NCBI GenBank assembly: GCA_947478395.1
Contig: CANJVR010000001.1
Location: 704,001-768,000 of the forward strand
From: Opitutia bacterium
GTDB taxonomy: Bacteria > Verrucomicrobiota > Verrucomicrobiia > Opitutales > Opitutaceae
Reading direction: 5' to 3'
DNA: 64,000 nt
Shown piece after piece: positions 20,419 through 31,478 of this stretch. Position numbers and translations under genes: made by a program. The notes beneath the pieces were generated by a model that worked only from the letters and a program-made list of their open reading frames with translations, was not told where the DNA came from and searched no databases. How positions within the stretch are numbered: position 1 is the first letter of the stretch; each line of letters opens with the position of its first letter.

Positions 20419-20895
20419 ATGCCCCATCGCACTTTTCTCAAAGCCAGCTGGCTGCTGGCCGGCGTGATCGCTTTGTTTTTCACGGGTTGCCAGGGCGGAT
20501 ACGATCTCGGCGGCATCTCCATTAATTTGGACCACTTCACGGCCCCATCGGAAGCGAGCAGCACGATGACCCTCCGCTACACTAATGAGAATACGATCCC
20601 GATCGCGCTGTCCGGCTCGGCGCACAAGGTCTATCTCAACGGCACCTACGTCGGCAAAGCCGTGAGCAAGCAGCCCCTCGGTCTCGCCCCCCTGAGCACG
20701 ATCACCCAAGACGCGACCGTGAATTTCGAAAACCTCGCGTTCGTGAAACAGCTGGTCGCGACGAGCGACCAGAAGAGCGCCAGCTATCGCGTGGAAAGCG
20801 TGCTTTATATCACTAGCGGCGAAGAAAATCTCACCATAAAAACCAACGGCACCGGCAGCGTGGATCTGCGGGCGTTGAGTTCCACGAAGCCGTAA
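20419..20895 (+). CDS. LEA_2/WHy-domain lipoprotein
   Basis: Lipobox FTGC; LRYTNENTIPI...KVYLNGTYVGK beta-sandwich pattern. Confidence 0.78.
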   Translation: MPHRTFLKASWLLAGVIALFFTGCQGGYDLGGISINLDHFTAPSEASSTMTLRYTNENTIPIALSGSAHKVYLNGTYVGKAVSKQPLGLAPLSTITQDATVNFENLAFVKQLVATSDQKSASYRVESVLYITSGEENLTIKTNGTGSVDLRALSSTKP

Positions 20896-20984
20896 CATCC
20901 GCTAGAGCGCGGCGCATCCGCCCGCGCGCTGGACTGACTTGGGTGGATGCAAAAATCGCGGGCGAAAGCACCGCGCGACGCAGT

Positions 20985-21797
20985 CTACCCCGCACCGCCG
21001 CCAGTGTTCGCCGGCGCCGGCTTAAAGGCAGATCGTAGCGAGGCGCTCAGAAAATCCCGGTTCATGCGCGCGATGAAATCCTCCGAGATCAGTTTCGGAC
21101 AGGCGGCGCTGCACTCGTACTGATTCGTACAACTGCCAAAGCCGAGGCCGTCCATGGTGTTCACCATCGCCAGCACACGCTTGTCGCGCTCGGCCTGACC
21201 TTGCGGGAGCAAACCGAGGTGGCCGATTTTCGCCGCAACGAAAAGCATCGCGCTCGAATTCTTACACGCGGCGACGCACGCGCCACAGCCAATGCATTGC
21301 GCCGCATCCATTGCGAGATCGGCGTCCGGCTTCGGTATGGGCCGCGCATTGGCATCGGGGGCCGAGCCCGCCCGGGCCGTGATAAAACCGCCCGCCTGTT
21401 GAATCGCGTCGAACCCGCGGCGATCCGTGACGAGGTCCTTCACGATCGGAAACGCGCGGGCGCGGAAGGGTTCGACGACGATCACATCGCCATCGTAAAA
21501 CGACCGCATGTACGTTTGACACGTGGCGATGCCGCGGCCGGGGCCGTGCGGTTTGCCGTTGATCGTGCACGAGCAGGTGCCGCAGATGCCCTCGCGGCAA
21601 TCGTGGGCAAACGCGATCGGCTCCTCGCCCTTCAGGGTGAGCTCGTCGTTCACGACATCGAGCATCTCGAGGAACGACATGTTCGTGCTCAGATTCTTCG
21701 CGGGATACTCGACGAATTTGCCCGGGGCATCCGGCCCGGCCTGACGCCAGACGCGCAGCGTAACGGAGATAAATTTGGCGGTATTGATGGCGACCAT
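20985..21797 (-). CDS. sdhB: Succinate dehydrogenase/fumarate reductase iron-sulfur subunit
   Basis: [20 protein letters not shown] and [12 protein letters not shown] cysteine clusters. Confidence 0.95.
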   Translation of the reverse strand: MVAINTAKFISVTLRVWRQAGPDAPGKFVEYPAKNLSTNMSFLEMLDVVNDELTLKGEEPIAFAHDCREGICGTCSCTINGKPHGPGRGIATCQTYMRSFYDGDVIVVEPFRARAFPIVKDLVTDRRGFDAIQQAGGFITARAGSAPDANARPIPKPDADLAMDAAQCIGCGACVAACKNSSAMLFVAAKIGHLGLLPQGQAERDKRVLAMVNTMDGLGFGSCTNQYECSAACPKLISEDFIARMNRDFLSASLRSAFKPAPANTGGGAG

Positions 21798-21962
21798 GGG
21801 GAAATTACGAACGACGGAATGACGTTTTTACGAGACGGCGGCGCGGTTTGCCCGCGTCACGCCAAACACTGCGACCGTGATTGAAAGGATCTTGGGGTTC
21901 TTAGGCATAGGGGACGGACAGGATCTTGATTCAGCGTTCTAAATTCGTCGTCGGCCCTGGGG

Positions 21963-23885
21963 TTACTTGTAATTCCGCACGGTCATCTTCGCGAACTCGT
22001 AATTGAGCGGCTCGATGTTCCGGATCGGAGTTTTGCCCACGCCCTGAAACTCCCACGCAGCCACGTTACCGAAATGCTCATCGTCGCGTTTGCATTCGCC
22101 GTCGGGATATTGGTGTTCCTCGCGGAAATGTCCGCCGCAGCTTTCCTCGCGCGTGAGGGCGTCGAGACACATCAACTCGCCGAGCTCGATGAAATCGGCG
22201 ACGCGGCCCGCCTGCTCAAGCGACTGATTCAGCGTCTCGGCCGAACCCGGGACGTTCACGCTGGACCAGAATTCTTCGCGCAGCGCGGGCAGTTTTTGCA
22301 GCGCCGTTTCGAGCCCAGACTTGGTGCGCTCCATGCCGCAGTACTCCCACATGATTTTGCCGAGCTTCTTGTGGAAATAACTCACGGGCTGCTTGCCCTT
22401 GATACCGAGCAACCGGGCCGTCATCGCACGGATATTTTCTTCCGCCGCCTTGAATTCCGGCGCATCGACACTCGGCCGTGAGCCCGGTTTCTGGCCGGCG
22501 AGATAATCGCCGATGGTGTAGGGAATGACGAAATAACCGTCCGCCAGACCTTGCATGAGCGCACTCGCGCCGAGCCGGTTCGCGCCGTGGTCGGAGAAGT
22601 TCGCTTCGCCGAGCACGAACAAGCCCGGGACGTTCGACATCAAATTATAATCCACCCACAGGCCGCCCATCGTGTAGTGGACCGCGGGATAGATGCGCAT
22701 CGGCACCTGATACGCACTCTCGCCGGTAATCTCGTGATAGATATCGAAGAGATTGCCGTAGCGTTCACGCACGCCGTTCTCGCCGAAGCGGCGGATTGCA
22801 TCGGAGAAATCGAGATAAACGCCCAGTCCGGTCTCGCCGACACCACGCCCTTCGTCACACACGCGCTTGGCGGCGCGGGAGGCGATGTCGCGCGGGCAGA
22901 GATTACCAAACGCCGGGTACATCCGCTCGAGAAAGTAATCGCGGGCTTCCTCAGGAATCGACGCGGGCGGCTTGGCGCAGTCTTCTTTTTTCTTGGGGAC
23001 CCAGATGCGGCCGTCGTTACGCAACGACTCTGACATGAGCGTGAGCTTCGACTGATAATCGCCGCTCACCGGAATGCAGGTCGGGTGAATCTGCGTGTAA
23101 CACGGATTCGCCATACACGCACCGCGCTTGTAGGCGCGCCAGATGGCCGTGGCGTTGGAACCGCGCGCGTAGGTGGAGAGATTGAACACGTTACCGTAGC
23201 CGCCCGTGGCCAGCACGACCGCGTCGGCCGCGTGCCGGGTAATTTCTCCCGTGATCAGATCGCGGACGATAATGCCCTTGGCCTGTCCACCCACAACCAC
23301 GAGATCGAGCATCTCGGAATTCACGTGCAACTCGACTGCGCCGGTGCCGACCACGCGAGAGAGCGCGGAGTAAGCGCCCAGCAGTAGCTGCTGGCCCGTC
23401 TGGCCGCGCGCGTAGAACGTGCGGGAAACCTGCGCGCCGCCGAACGAGCGATTGGCGAGCAAGCCGCCGTATTCGCGCGCGAACGGGACGCCTTGCGCGA
23501 CGCACTGGTCAATGATGTTGACCGAGACCTCGGCGAGCCGGTGTACGTTGGCCTCGCGAGCGCGGTAATCGCCGCCCTTCAACGTGTCGTAATAAAGCCG
23601 GTGCACGCTGTCGCCGTCGTTCTGATAATTCTTCGCCGCATTGATGCCACCCTGCGCCGCGATCGAGTGCGCCCGGCGCGGACTGTCGTGAAACACGAAG
23701 CTCTTCACCTTGTAGCCAAGGTCCGCAAGGGTCGACGCGGAGGAGGCTCCGGCGAGCCCGGCGCCCACGACGATGATCTCGTACTTCCGCTTGTTCGCCG
23801 GGTTGACGAGTTTGATCTCCGCCTTGTGCTTGCGCCATTTGTCGGCAAGCGGCCCGGACGGGATTTTGGATTCGAGAATGGCCAT
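21963..23885 (-). CDS. sdhA: Succinate dehydrogenase/fumarate reductase flavoprotein
   Basis: [29 protein letters not shown] and HGANRLG motifs. Confidence 0.96.
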   Translation of the reverse strand: MAILESKIPSGPLADKWRKHKAEIKLVNPANKRKYEIIVVGAGLAGASSASTLADLGYKVKSFVFHDSPRRAHSIAAQGGINAAKNYQNDGDSVHRLYYDTLKGGDYRAREANVHRLAEVSVNIIDQCVAQGVPFAREYGGLLANRSFGGAQVSRTFYARGQTGQQLLLGAYSALSRVVGTGAVELHVNSEMLDLVVVGGQAKGIIVRDLITGEITRHAADAVVLATGGYGNVFNLSTYARGSNATAIWRAYKRGACMANPCYTQIHPTCIPVSGDYQSKLTLMSESLRNDGRIWVPKKKEDCAKPPASIPEEARDYFLERMYPAFGNLCPRDIASRAAKRVCDEGRGVGETGLGVYLDFSDAIRRFGENGVRERYGNLFDIYHEITGESAYQVPMRIYPAVHYTMGGLWVDYNLMSNVPGLFVLGEANFSDHGANRLGASALMQGLADGYFVIPYTIGDYLAGQKPGSRPSVDAPEFKAAEENIRAMTARLLGIKGKQPVSYFHKKLGKIMWEYCGMERTKSGLETALQKLPALREEFWSSVNVPGSAETLNQSLEQAGRVADFIELGELMCLDALTREESCGGHFREEHQYPDGECKRDDEHFGNVAAWEFQGVGKTPIRNIEPLNYEFAKMTVRNYK

Positions 23886-23903
23886 GGCGTGAATGCGAAA
23901 GAA

Positions 23904-24668
23904 TCAGGGTTTCGCGGCGACCGCGCGCGCAGAGGGTTTCAGCGCCCCCGTGAACACCGCACCCGGAATGATGAGATTGCCGATAAAATAGGCGGCACAC
24001 GCGAGCGTGACCGCGCCGCGCAGCGCACGCAGCCAGCGGCCATTCCGCCAGCCAAGCGTCTGGAAAAGACTCTCCATCCCGTGGAGTAAATGCAGCGAGA
24101 GCAGCCCCACCGCCACGATGTAGAACCATGCCACCAACGGCGGCTGAAACCCGAGAATCACCATGCGATGGACATCGAGGACTTCCGTTCCAGCGCGTAC
24201 GGCGGTGAGGCCAAATACGTGGTAATCGGAGGTCATCGTGTAACGCGGCAACGTTTCCTTGAACGTGCTGGCTTGCGCGCCACCAAACGTGAAATGGGCC
24301 AGGTGATAGAAAATAAACGCGAGGACCACGTACCCCGTCCAACGCATATAGCGGGACGCGATCGTCGCCTTCAGCCACGTCACGCGGCCAGGCCTCAGAC
24401 CGCGGGCATGACGGCTTTCCAAGGTCAGCATCGTGGCGGCCCAGATATGAATGACCACGGCGACGATCAATCCGATCCGCGCCGCCCACAACGTCGGCCC
24501 GAGAGACTGGAGGAAATGAGCGTAGCCGTTGATCTTATCCGGATGCCCGAACACCTGTAGGTTGCCGACGAGATGACCGAAGACAAAGCCGATCAAAATA
24601 ACGCCGGTCACCGCCATCAGGATTTTTCGACCGATAGAGGAGCAGAAAAGATTACCGACAAGATTCAT
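23904..24668 (-). CDS. sdhC: Succinate dehydrogenase cytochrome b558 subunit
   Basis: SSIGRKILMAVTG...HLVGNL; His-bearing TM helices; first gene of sdhCAB. Confidence 0.93.
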   Translation of the reverse strand: MNLVGNLFCSSIGRKILMAVTGVILIGFVFGHLVGNLQVFGHPDKINGYAHFLQSLGPTLWAARIGLIVAVVIHIWAATMLTLESRHARGLRPGRVTWLKATIASRYMRWTGYVVLAFIFYHLAHFTFGGAQASTFKETLPRYTMTSDYHVFGLTAVRAGTEVLDVHRMVILGFQPPLVAWFYIVAVGLLSLHLLHGMESLFQTLGWRNGRWLRALRGAVTLACAAYFIGNLIIPGAVFTGALKPSARAVAAKP

Positions 24669-25007
24669 CGCGGAAACACGGTTGGTGGGGGAATCGACCG
24701 TGGAAAAAATCGCTGCATTCCCCCGAGAAGTAAAGGGGTGGGATGGTCAAAACTTGCATATTAGGCGGACTAACCATTTTCAGAAGGCGTGGCCCGTACG
24801 GATCGCTTTGGCGATCACCGTGATTCCGCGGAGCGTAGCGCTAGACTGCAAGGCCGTCCGCCGCCCCTGCGGGCCCGACCGTCGAGGCGGAAAGATTTAC
24901 GGGCTGAGTCGAAGCCGCCATTAAACGGTGAGAACGGTTTAACCCAAAGCATCGCTGATCACGCCGAAACGCTAGGCGTCCCGCCTCGATCATTCCTTCA
25001 GGCCATC

Positions 25008-25586
25008 TCACCGCAGCGAACGCGCGCGCCAGGTTTTCTCGAAGTGCATCAAGCCCGCGATCACGAGCGCATGCGTGATTTTCCCGGAACGCGCCCAAAC
25101 CATCACGTCTTCGACCGGCGCCGTCGAAACCTCGATCTCTTCGTCGTGATCCCACTCCTGGTCGACGGTGCGCGTGGCATTTTCCACGAGCACGAAGTGA
25201 CAGCGATTGTTCAGCATCGCCGGGTTGGGATGCACACTCGCCAGCAGTCGTGCGCTCGTGCCGACAAACCCCGTTTCCTCGCGTAATTCACGCACTCCGG
25301 CCACGACCGGATCTTCCCCCGCATCGATCATGCCCCCGGGAATTTCCAGAGAAAATTCATCCGTGCCGTAGCGAAACTGGCGCACGAGCACCAGGTGCCC
25401 GTCGGGCGTGACGGCGAGCACGTTGCACCAATCCGGCGCGGCGATCACAAAGAAATCCCGATCCACTTTGCGCACCGGATGGTGAAACCGCACGCTGCGC
25501 ACATCAAAGATGCGCGTGGAAGCGACGGTGTGTGCGCCGAGCCTTTGCCAGCGCGCAGGGCCCGAAGCCGAGGAAGGTGTGCTCAT
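25008..25586 (-). CDS. NUDIX hydrolase (ADP-ribose pyrophosphatase-like)
   Basis: LVRQFRY and the Nudix box GMIDAGEDPVVAGVRELREETGF. Confidence 0.92.
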   Translation of the reverse strand: MSTPSSASGPARWQRLGAHTVASTRIFDVRSVRFHHPVRKVDRDFFVIAAPDWCNVLAVTPDGHLVLVRQFRYGTDEFSLEIPGGMIDAGEDPVVAGVRELREETGFVGTSARLLASVHPNPAMLNNRCHFVLVENATRTVDQEWDHDEEIEVSTAPVEDVMVWARSGKITHALVIAGLMHFEKTWRARSLR

Positions 25587-25653
25587 GAAGCGAAAACAAA
25601 AATGCCTCCACGCCGCGAGGCGAGGAGGCATTCGAAAATTTTCCTGAGCCGAA

Positions 25654-26175
25654 TTATTTCTTCGGGAGCTTCAGCTTGTCGCCAACTTTCATCTTCGACC
25701 AATTCACACCGGGATTCACGGTCGTGAGATCAGTCAATGAAACGCCATTCGCCCGGGCAATGCTGGCGCCGGTGTCCTTGGATTTGACGATGTACTCGCC
25801 GGGGCCGGCGACCGCGGGTTCACCGCTGCCTTTTTTGCCGGGAGCAACCACCACGGGTTTCTTCATCGATTCTTCCAGCTTCAGGATCGAGGCCTGAAAC
25901 TCGCCGAGCTTCCCGCCAACCGTGTTAAACGCGTCCTGCGTCGAACTCCGCAAAGCGGCGTGGTCTTTGGAGACCCGGTCGACCGTCGCCGAAACCGTGC
26001 CGACTTGGGATTCAATACCATCGATCTTCGCGATCTTCTCGTCATGAGCTGCAAGGCTCTTGTTCACCTTCGAGAGCGTGATGGCGGAATAGCCGCCGAG
26101 CAATAGGGCGATGACGCCCACGATGATTCCGCCGACCGGAAGCATGCTGTTATTTTCGCGAGAAATAGTGTCCAT
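25654..26175 (-). CDS. Membrane-anchored coiled-coil protein with C-terminal LysM domain
   Basis: N-terminal TM helix, heptad region and YIVKSKDT..SIARANGVS...NPGV...KVGDKLKLP. Confidence 0.88.
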   Translation of the reverse strand: MDTISRENNSMLPVGGIIVGVIALLLGGYSAITLSKVNKSLAAHDEKIAKIDGIESQVGTVSATVDRVSKDHAALRSSTQDAFNTVGGKLGEFQASILKLEESMKKPVVVAPGKKGSGEPAVAGPGEYIVKSKDTGASIARANGVSLTDLTTVNPGVNWSKMKVGDKLKLPKK

Positions 26176-26653
26176 GTTGAGAAATTAAGGGGCACAAGAA
26201 GGACAATCCCAGAGCGAAGCAAGCAGAGATTATTAACAATAATACGAGCGCAGCGCCGGCGAAGAACGCGTTGACCGATTCGGCCATCCACCGCCTGCCG
26301 GCTTCAATTATTCGGAGCTTCGCTCGGCGTTGATCGAACCCGCCAAAGCGCAGCGAATTCTTGAATGACGGCTGCAGGTCCGCTCAAAAGTCCGGACTAC
26401 AAGCACCTACGAATGTGCGCCCACGCACGCCTGTCCACGGCAGTAAGAACCGGGTCGTACCTGGCTCGATCAGCCGGTCGGCCCGCATACGATTGAGGCC
26501 GGTATTCTAATTTCTCATTGCGAGTGCTTCCACGACGGAGGAATTCACTAAATTGCCGAGGCGCGCTTCGCAGTGACAAACGATATTATCACTCGTCTAT
26601 TTGAGACGGACATTGACACGCTTCGCAATCCACCGTGCTCTCCGGCCGCACGT

Positions 26654-26730
26654 CGGGGTGTAGCTTAGCCTGGTAGAGCGCCTGGTTTGGGACCAGGAGG
26701 TCGTAGGTTCGAATCCTATCGCCCCGACCA
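26654..26730 (+). tRNA. tRNA-Pro (TGG)
   Basis: CGGGGTGTAGCTTAGCCTGGTAGAGC...CCTGG-TTTGGGA-CCAGG...GTTCGAATC...CCCCGACCA; TTGACA upstream at 26613. Confidence 0.97.
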
Positions 26731-26811
26731 TTTTTCGTTTGCGGCGGCATATGTCACTTTATGACCGCGGGCGGCATGGACGGCGCGGACTGCGCCCGGT
26801 TTGTGGCTGGC

Positions 26812-29800
26812 ATGCGCTTTCGTTTCGCCTTCGCCCTCCTCCTGCTGATTGCCGCCCCAACCTGCGCTCAGACACCGCTCGGCGTCGGGACATACACCGA
26901 AACATTTGACGCGCTCCAGGCCGGTTTGTCTGCCGGCTGGTCCGTGCGCACGGGCGCATCCGCCTCCACCCTCGGCACCGACGCCGGCGGCACGTCGTTC
27001 GCCCCTACCGCCACCAGCTGGGGCAGCAGCACGGGCAACTTTCGCAACGTCGCCTCCGCTCTCAACCCGGGCGCGACGCTGAGCGATTCCACTGCCGTGC
27101 AGGCAGCGTACTCCAACCGCGCACTGGGCCTGCGCCAGACGAGCAGCTTCGGCGATCCAGGTGCAGCGATCACGTTTAATTTTTCCACGAACGGACTGAG
27201 CGTGAATTCAATTTCGTTTTCCGCCCAGCTGCTTTCGGTCCAGAGCTACAGCACGATCTGGCTCCTGCAATGCGCCACGGGCTCGAACCCCTCCGCTTGG
27301 ACCACCCTCGCTGCGTTCAACGACCCCGACGCGTTTAGCGCGACGACGGTGACCGCGCCCGCCGCGGCTACGCTGGGTCCGTTGCTCAATAATCAGAGCA
27401 GCGCCTGGCTGCGCGTCGTCGCGTTGTCCGCTGCGACTGGCACGGGCAGCCGGGACACGTTCGCCATCGATAATTTTACGATCGTCACCACGGCCGCCGT
27501 TCCGCCTGCGATTTTCACTCCACCCGCTTCACAAACGATCACCGCGTTTCAATCCGCCACGTTTGCCGTGGCCGCAACGGGCGTCGGCACCCTCTCCTAT
27601 CAATGGCGCAAATCCACGCATGCGATCGCCGGTGCCATCGGCCCAACTTACACCCTCACCGGTGTCATGGCGACCGACGCCGGGAGCTACGATGTGACGG
27701 TGACCGATGCCAACGGAAGCACCACATCCTCCGCCGCCACGCTGACCGTGAACAAAGCTCCCGCGGTCGTAACCCTCGGATCACTGGCGCATAATTTCGA
27801 CGGCAGCGCTCACGCGGCCTCCGCTACCACCACGCCCGCCAATCTCGCGGTCAGCTTTTCCTACAACGGTTCTTCCAGCGCACCGACCGACGCCGGCTCG
27901 TACCCAGTTGTCGGCACCGTCAACGACGCCAACTTCAGCGGCACCGCGAACAGTTCCCTCGTCATCGCCCGCGGCGCGCAGACCGTCGTCTTCCCTGCGC
28001 CCGGCACCGTCATCACGCCCGGCATCGCCCTTGCCCTCGGCGCCAGCGCGTCGACCGGCCTGCCCGTCACGTTTTCCCTCGTGAGCGGAAACGCCTCGCT
28101 CATCGGAGCGATACTGACACTCAACGATTCCAACCCCGCCGTCATCCGCGCCACGCAAACTGGGTCCACGAACTATCTGCCCGCGTCCGCCGATCTCACG
28201 CTGACGCCAGGCGCTAGGTTGGCCCAAAGTATCGCTTTCGGGGCGCCCGCCGATCGACCGACGACCGCCTCGCCGTTTACGCTTAGCGCCAGCGCCACAT
28301 CCGGACTGCCCGTCACATTCACGATCAACTCGGGCCCCGCGGTTATTTCGGGAAATACGCTCACGCTGACGGGAATCACCGGCCCGGTCGTCGTTTGCGC
28401 CACGCAACCGGGCAACGCCACTTATCTCGCCGCACCGACCGTCGAACGCACGTTTTCCGTCACGCCTCCACCAGCCGCGCCGAATTTCACGCGGCAACCC
28501 GTTTCCGGCCATGTCGCGGTCGGCGACGCGGTCAACTTTGAGATCGCCGTGGCCGGCTTCCCCACCCCGACGCTCCAATGGCGAAAAAATGCCGTCGCCG
28601 TGCCCGCGGCCACCAACTCTCTGCTCAACCTCGGATCAGTCACAATCGGGAGCAGTGGAAACTACGATGTCGTTGCCACGAATTCCGTCGGCACAGCCGT
28701 GAGCGCAACGGCCGCTTTGGTCGTGAGCAAGCGACCGCAGGCAATCGCGTTTTCCGCCACGGCCGATACGGTGGCGGCGGGCACGGCGATCTTACTCAAC
28801 GCCACGGCGAGCAGCGGTCTCCCGGTCGCGTACGCTGTCACCGCCGGCAATGCACTCATGGCGAACGGTCGGTTGCAGGGTGACGGCGGCACCGTCGTGG
28901 TGCGGGCTTCGCAACCCGGCGACAGCTCCTACGCCGCCGCGATTCCCGTGGAGCACACGTTCGAGTTCGTGCGCGGAGGCAGCCCGCCATTTATCACGAG
29001 TTCACCTCTGAGCCAGATCGCGGTCGCCGGCACACCCGCCGAGTTCACCGTCAGCGCGATCGGTACACCGACACCGGTTTTCACGTGGCGGCGAAATGGC
29101 ATCCCGCTTTCGGTCGCCAGCAGCGAGAGATTCCGTTTATCCGCGCTCACTTTAGCCGATGCGGGCAACTATTCCGTCATTGCCACGAATATTTTCGGCG
29201 CGGTCACGAGCGCGGCCGCGACACTCGTCGTCCTCACCCCGCCCACGATAATCCGCGAGCCCGTCAGTCAGCCCGCGCCGGTCGGGGCCACCGTCACGTT
29301 GGCCGTCACTGCGATCGGCGAACCTGCGCCAAGCTATCAATGGCGCAAAAACGCCCAAGCCATTCCAATCGCAAACAGCGCGACGCTCACGCTCCGCAAT
29401 ATTACCTCCGCCGACTCCGCCAGCTACGACTGTGTCGTGCAAAATTCCGTCGGCCAGGCGACCAGTTTTCCGGCGTTCCTCAGCGTAAACGCGGTCGATT
29501 TGGAAGCGCAGCTGGGGCGCGAGCGACTGACCAACGTTTCCACCCGAGCCACCACCGGGCCGGAGGCTGCCACCGTTATCATCGGCTTCACGATCAATGG
29601 TTCCGCCCCGCTCGGCCTGCTGATTCGCGCCGCCGGACCCGCCCTCGCCGCCGCTCCGTTCAATCTCACGGACGCGCTCGTGAACCCGCAGATCCAAATT
29701 TTTCGAGGCAGCCTTCTGATCAGGGAGAACGACGATTGGGCTGCCGGCTTCGCCGGTGACGTCGAAGCCGCTGCGGCTCGCACCGGGGCATTCCCCTTTG

Positions 29801-30363
29801 CGCCGCAAAGTCGCGACGCTGCGCTCCTCACCACGCTCGCGCCCGGCGGCTACACGGTTCACGTGACTCCTTCGCCTGCCATGGCGAACACTGCCGGAGG
29901 CGCGGTTCTGGCTGAAATATACGAAGACCCCAACCAAGCGGCCACAACGCTCCTTCCTCGGCTCTCCAACCTCTCGAGTCGCGTTCTCGTCACGCCCACC
30001 GCCCGAGTCGCGATCGCAGGCTTCGTCGTCGCCGGCCGCGTGCCGCGGCGGTTTCTGCTTCGCGCAGCCGGGCCCGCCCTCGCCGCGCCGCCCTTCAACC
30101 TTTCCAGCGTTTTGTCCGACCCTCTGCTGCGCCTTTTCCGTGGCACCACCTTGATCGCTGAAAACGACGATTGGTTTCGTGACGCCTCCGCAGCGCAGAC
30201 TTCCTCCACCGCGGCCGCAGTCGGCGCTTTTCCATTCGCGAACGCCAGCCGCGATGCCGCCCTGATCATCGATTTGGAGCCCGGCGCTTACACCGTGCAA
30301 ATCACCGATGCCGCGCTGGGCACGGGTCTGGTCCTCATCGAAATCTACGATGCGGGTCCGTAG
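26812..30363 (+). CDS. Large secreted multi-Ig-domain surface protein with MBG-like domain and two C-terminal RLxNxSxR domains
   Basis: Signal peptide; four Ig-like units ending D/SxxxYxV/C after YQWRK-type strands; three ASA[ST]SGLPV-type units; tandem C-terminal domains. Confidence 0.9.
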   Translation: MRFRFAFALLLLIAAPTCAQTPLGVGTYTETFDALQAGLSAGWSVRTGASASTLGTDAGGTSFAPTATSWGSSTGNFRNVASALNPGATLSDSTAVQAAYSNRALGLRQTSSFGDPGAAITFNFSTNGLSVNSISFSAQLLSVQSYSTIWLLQCATGSNPSAWTTLAAFNDPDAFSATTVTAPAAATLGPLLNNQSSAWLRVVALSAATGTGSRDTFAIDNFTIVTTAAVPPAIFTPPASQTITAFQSATFAVAATGVGTLSYQWRKSTHAIAGAIGPTYTLTGVMATDAGSYDVTVTDANGSTTSSAATLTVNKAPAVVTLGSLAHNFDGSAHAASATTTPANLAVSFSYNGSSSAPTDAGSYPVVGTVNDANFSGTANSSLVIARGAQTVVFPAPGTVITPGIALALGASASTGLPVTFSLVSGNASLIGAILTLNDSNPAVIRATQTGSTNYLPASADLTLTPGARLAQSIAFGAPADRPTTASPFTLSASATSGLPVTFTINSGPAVISGNTLTLTGITGPVVVCATQPGNATYLAAPTVERTFSVTPPPAAPNFTRQPVSGHVAVGDAVNFEIAVAGFPTPTLQWRKNAVAVPAATNSLLNLGSVTIGSSGNYDVVATNSVGTAVSATAALVVSKRPQAIAFSATADTVAAGTAILLNATASSGLPVAYAVTAGNALMANGRLQGDGGTVVVRASQPGDSSYAAAIPVEHTFEFVRGGSPPFITSSPLSQIAVAGTPAEFTVSAIGTPTPVFTWRRNGIPLSVASSERFRLSALTLADAGNYSVIATNIFGAVTSAAATLVVLTPPTIIREPVSQPAPVGATVTLAVTAIGEPAPSYQWRKNAQAIPIANSATLTLRNITSADSASYDCVVQNSVGQATSFPAFLSVNAVDLEAQLGRERLTNVSTRATTGPEAATVIIGFTINGSAPLGLLIRAAGPALAAAPFNLTDALVNPQIQIFRGSLLIRENDDWAAGFAGDVEAAAARTGAFPFAPQSRDAALLTTLAPGGYTVHVTPSPAMANTAGGAVLAEIYEDPNQAATTLLPRLSNLSSRVLVTPTARVAIAGFVVAGRVPRRFLLRAAGPALAAPPFNLSSVLSDPLLRLFRGTTLIAENDDWFRDASAAQTSSTAAAVGAFPFANASRDAALIIDLEPGAYTVQITDAALGTGLVLIEIYDAGP

Positions 30364-30468
30364 AGCGCGTACGATGCGACAGAAGCCGATTGGCTTTCGT
30401 TCGTCGCTCCCGAAACGCGCCCGCGTCCCGTTACCAGGAAATCCGATTCGGGGCTGTCGCTCTGCCCG

Positions 30469-31185
30469 TTACAGCTTGAGCGTCGGCAAACCTACCGCCG
30501 CCGGAGTAGCCGGAGCCGGCAACTTCGCCCGTAACATCATCGCGCGCTGCATCCACGGGCTGGCGGGATCGATCTGCATCAATTGATCCGAAAACTTTTT
30601 CACGTCGTCCGCCTTGCCCGCTTCAAGCGAGAGACTCGCGAGCTGATAACAGGCTTCCGCCCGAATGCCCTTCAGTTGGGTCGGGTCGGCCGCGAGCGTC
30701 TTCAAAGTCGTCTCACCGTCGCTCACCTTGCCCGATTGGATTTTTGCCATCGCCAGCCCAAGCTGGGCGCGCGCGGCCAGCGGGCCCGTCTTCAGCGTCG
30801 TCAACGCCGCTTGATAGCCCGTCACGGCTTCCGCCGGCTTGCCCGCCGTGTAAGCGTCGTCCGCCATGCGGATCTGCGCCACAGCCGCCAGGGTGTGACC
30901 GGAATGCGCGGCGGCGAAGGTCTTTAATTTTTCGGGGGTGGACGCGACGGCGTATTCTTGGCGCACGCCTTCTTCCTTTTGGGCTTCGAGGTATTCCCAG
31001 CCGCCCTTGGCCACGATGCCGACGAGAATCAAGGCACACACGACCAGCACCATCTTACCGTTTTTCTTCCAGAAAACGTGCAACTGGTCCTCGAACGACG
31101 GAGCGATGTAGTTTTCGTCGATAGCGACGAATTTGCGGTCGTCGCCGGCCGGAGTCGGGTCGGAAGGAGTGGCGGGCGTGGTCAT
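30469..31185 (-). CDS. YfgM-like membrane-anchored TPR protein
   Basis: FWKKNGK before one TM helix, then helical TPR-like repeats. Confidence 0.75.
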   Translation of the reverse strand: MTTPATPSDPTPAGDDRKFVAIDENYIAPSFEDQLHVFWKKNGKMVLVVCALILVGIVAKGGWEYLEAQKEEGVRQEYAVASTPEKLKTFAAAHSGHTLAAVAQIRMADDAYTAGKPAEAVTGYQAALTTLKTGPLAARAQLGLAMAKIQSGKVSDGETTLKTLAADPTQLKGIRAEACYQLASLSLEAGKADDVKKFSDQLMQIDPASPWMQRAMMLRAKLPAPATPAAVGLPTLKL

Positions 31186-31320
31186 GGGCGCAAGGGTTTG
31201 GCGTTGTTAAACGGTGACCAGAACAAATGCGCTCTTCCGTGTAAATGCAGGAAATTGCTTGAAGCGAAAGGGGTCACAGCCAGCCACGCCGGAAAATTCG
31301 AACGACGCGGACGATCAAAA

Positions 31321-31397
31321 TGTAGCCGAGGTGATCACCCCGCATCCGCTTCGCCCGTCAGCAACCTCGCTCGCGCGGTAAGAACACCCCGCCTACA
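31321..31397. repeat. REP doublet (REPIN-like), copy A
   Basis: TGTAGCCGAGGTGATCACCCCGCA...GCGCGGTAAGAACACCCCGCCTACA. Confidence 0.75.
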
Positions 31398-31478
31398 AAA
31401 ATCAAACGTCGACCGATTTCGCGCTCATTCGCGCTTTTCGCGGGCCGTCCAACTCCGCCGCTTTCCGGCTCTGGCGGC

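Noticed and set aside
26176..26653. ncRNA in the 480-bp gap between the LysM gene and tRNA-Pro
   Set aside because: No tmRNA, RNase P, SRP or 6S hallmarks recognised; two divergent promoters can explain the gap
26654..30400. Genomic island integrated at tRNA-Pro (also considered for tRNA-Arg and tRNA-Thr)
   Set aside because: No integrase and no duplicated tRNA 3' end seen; flanking genes are ordinary
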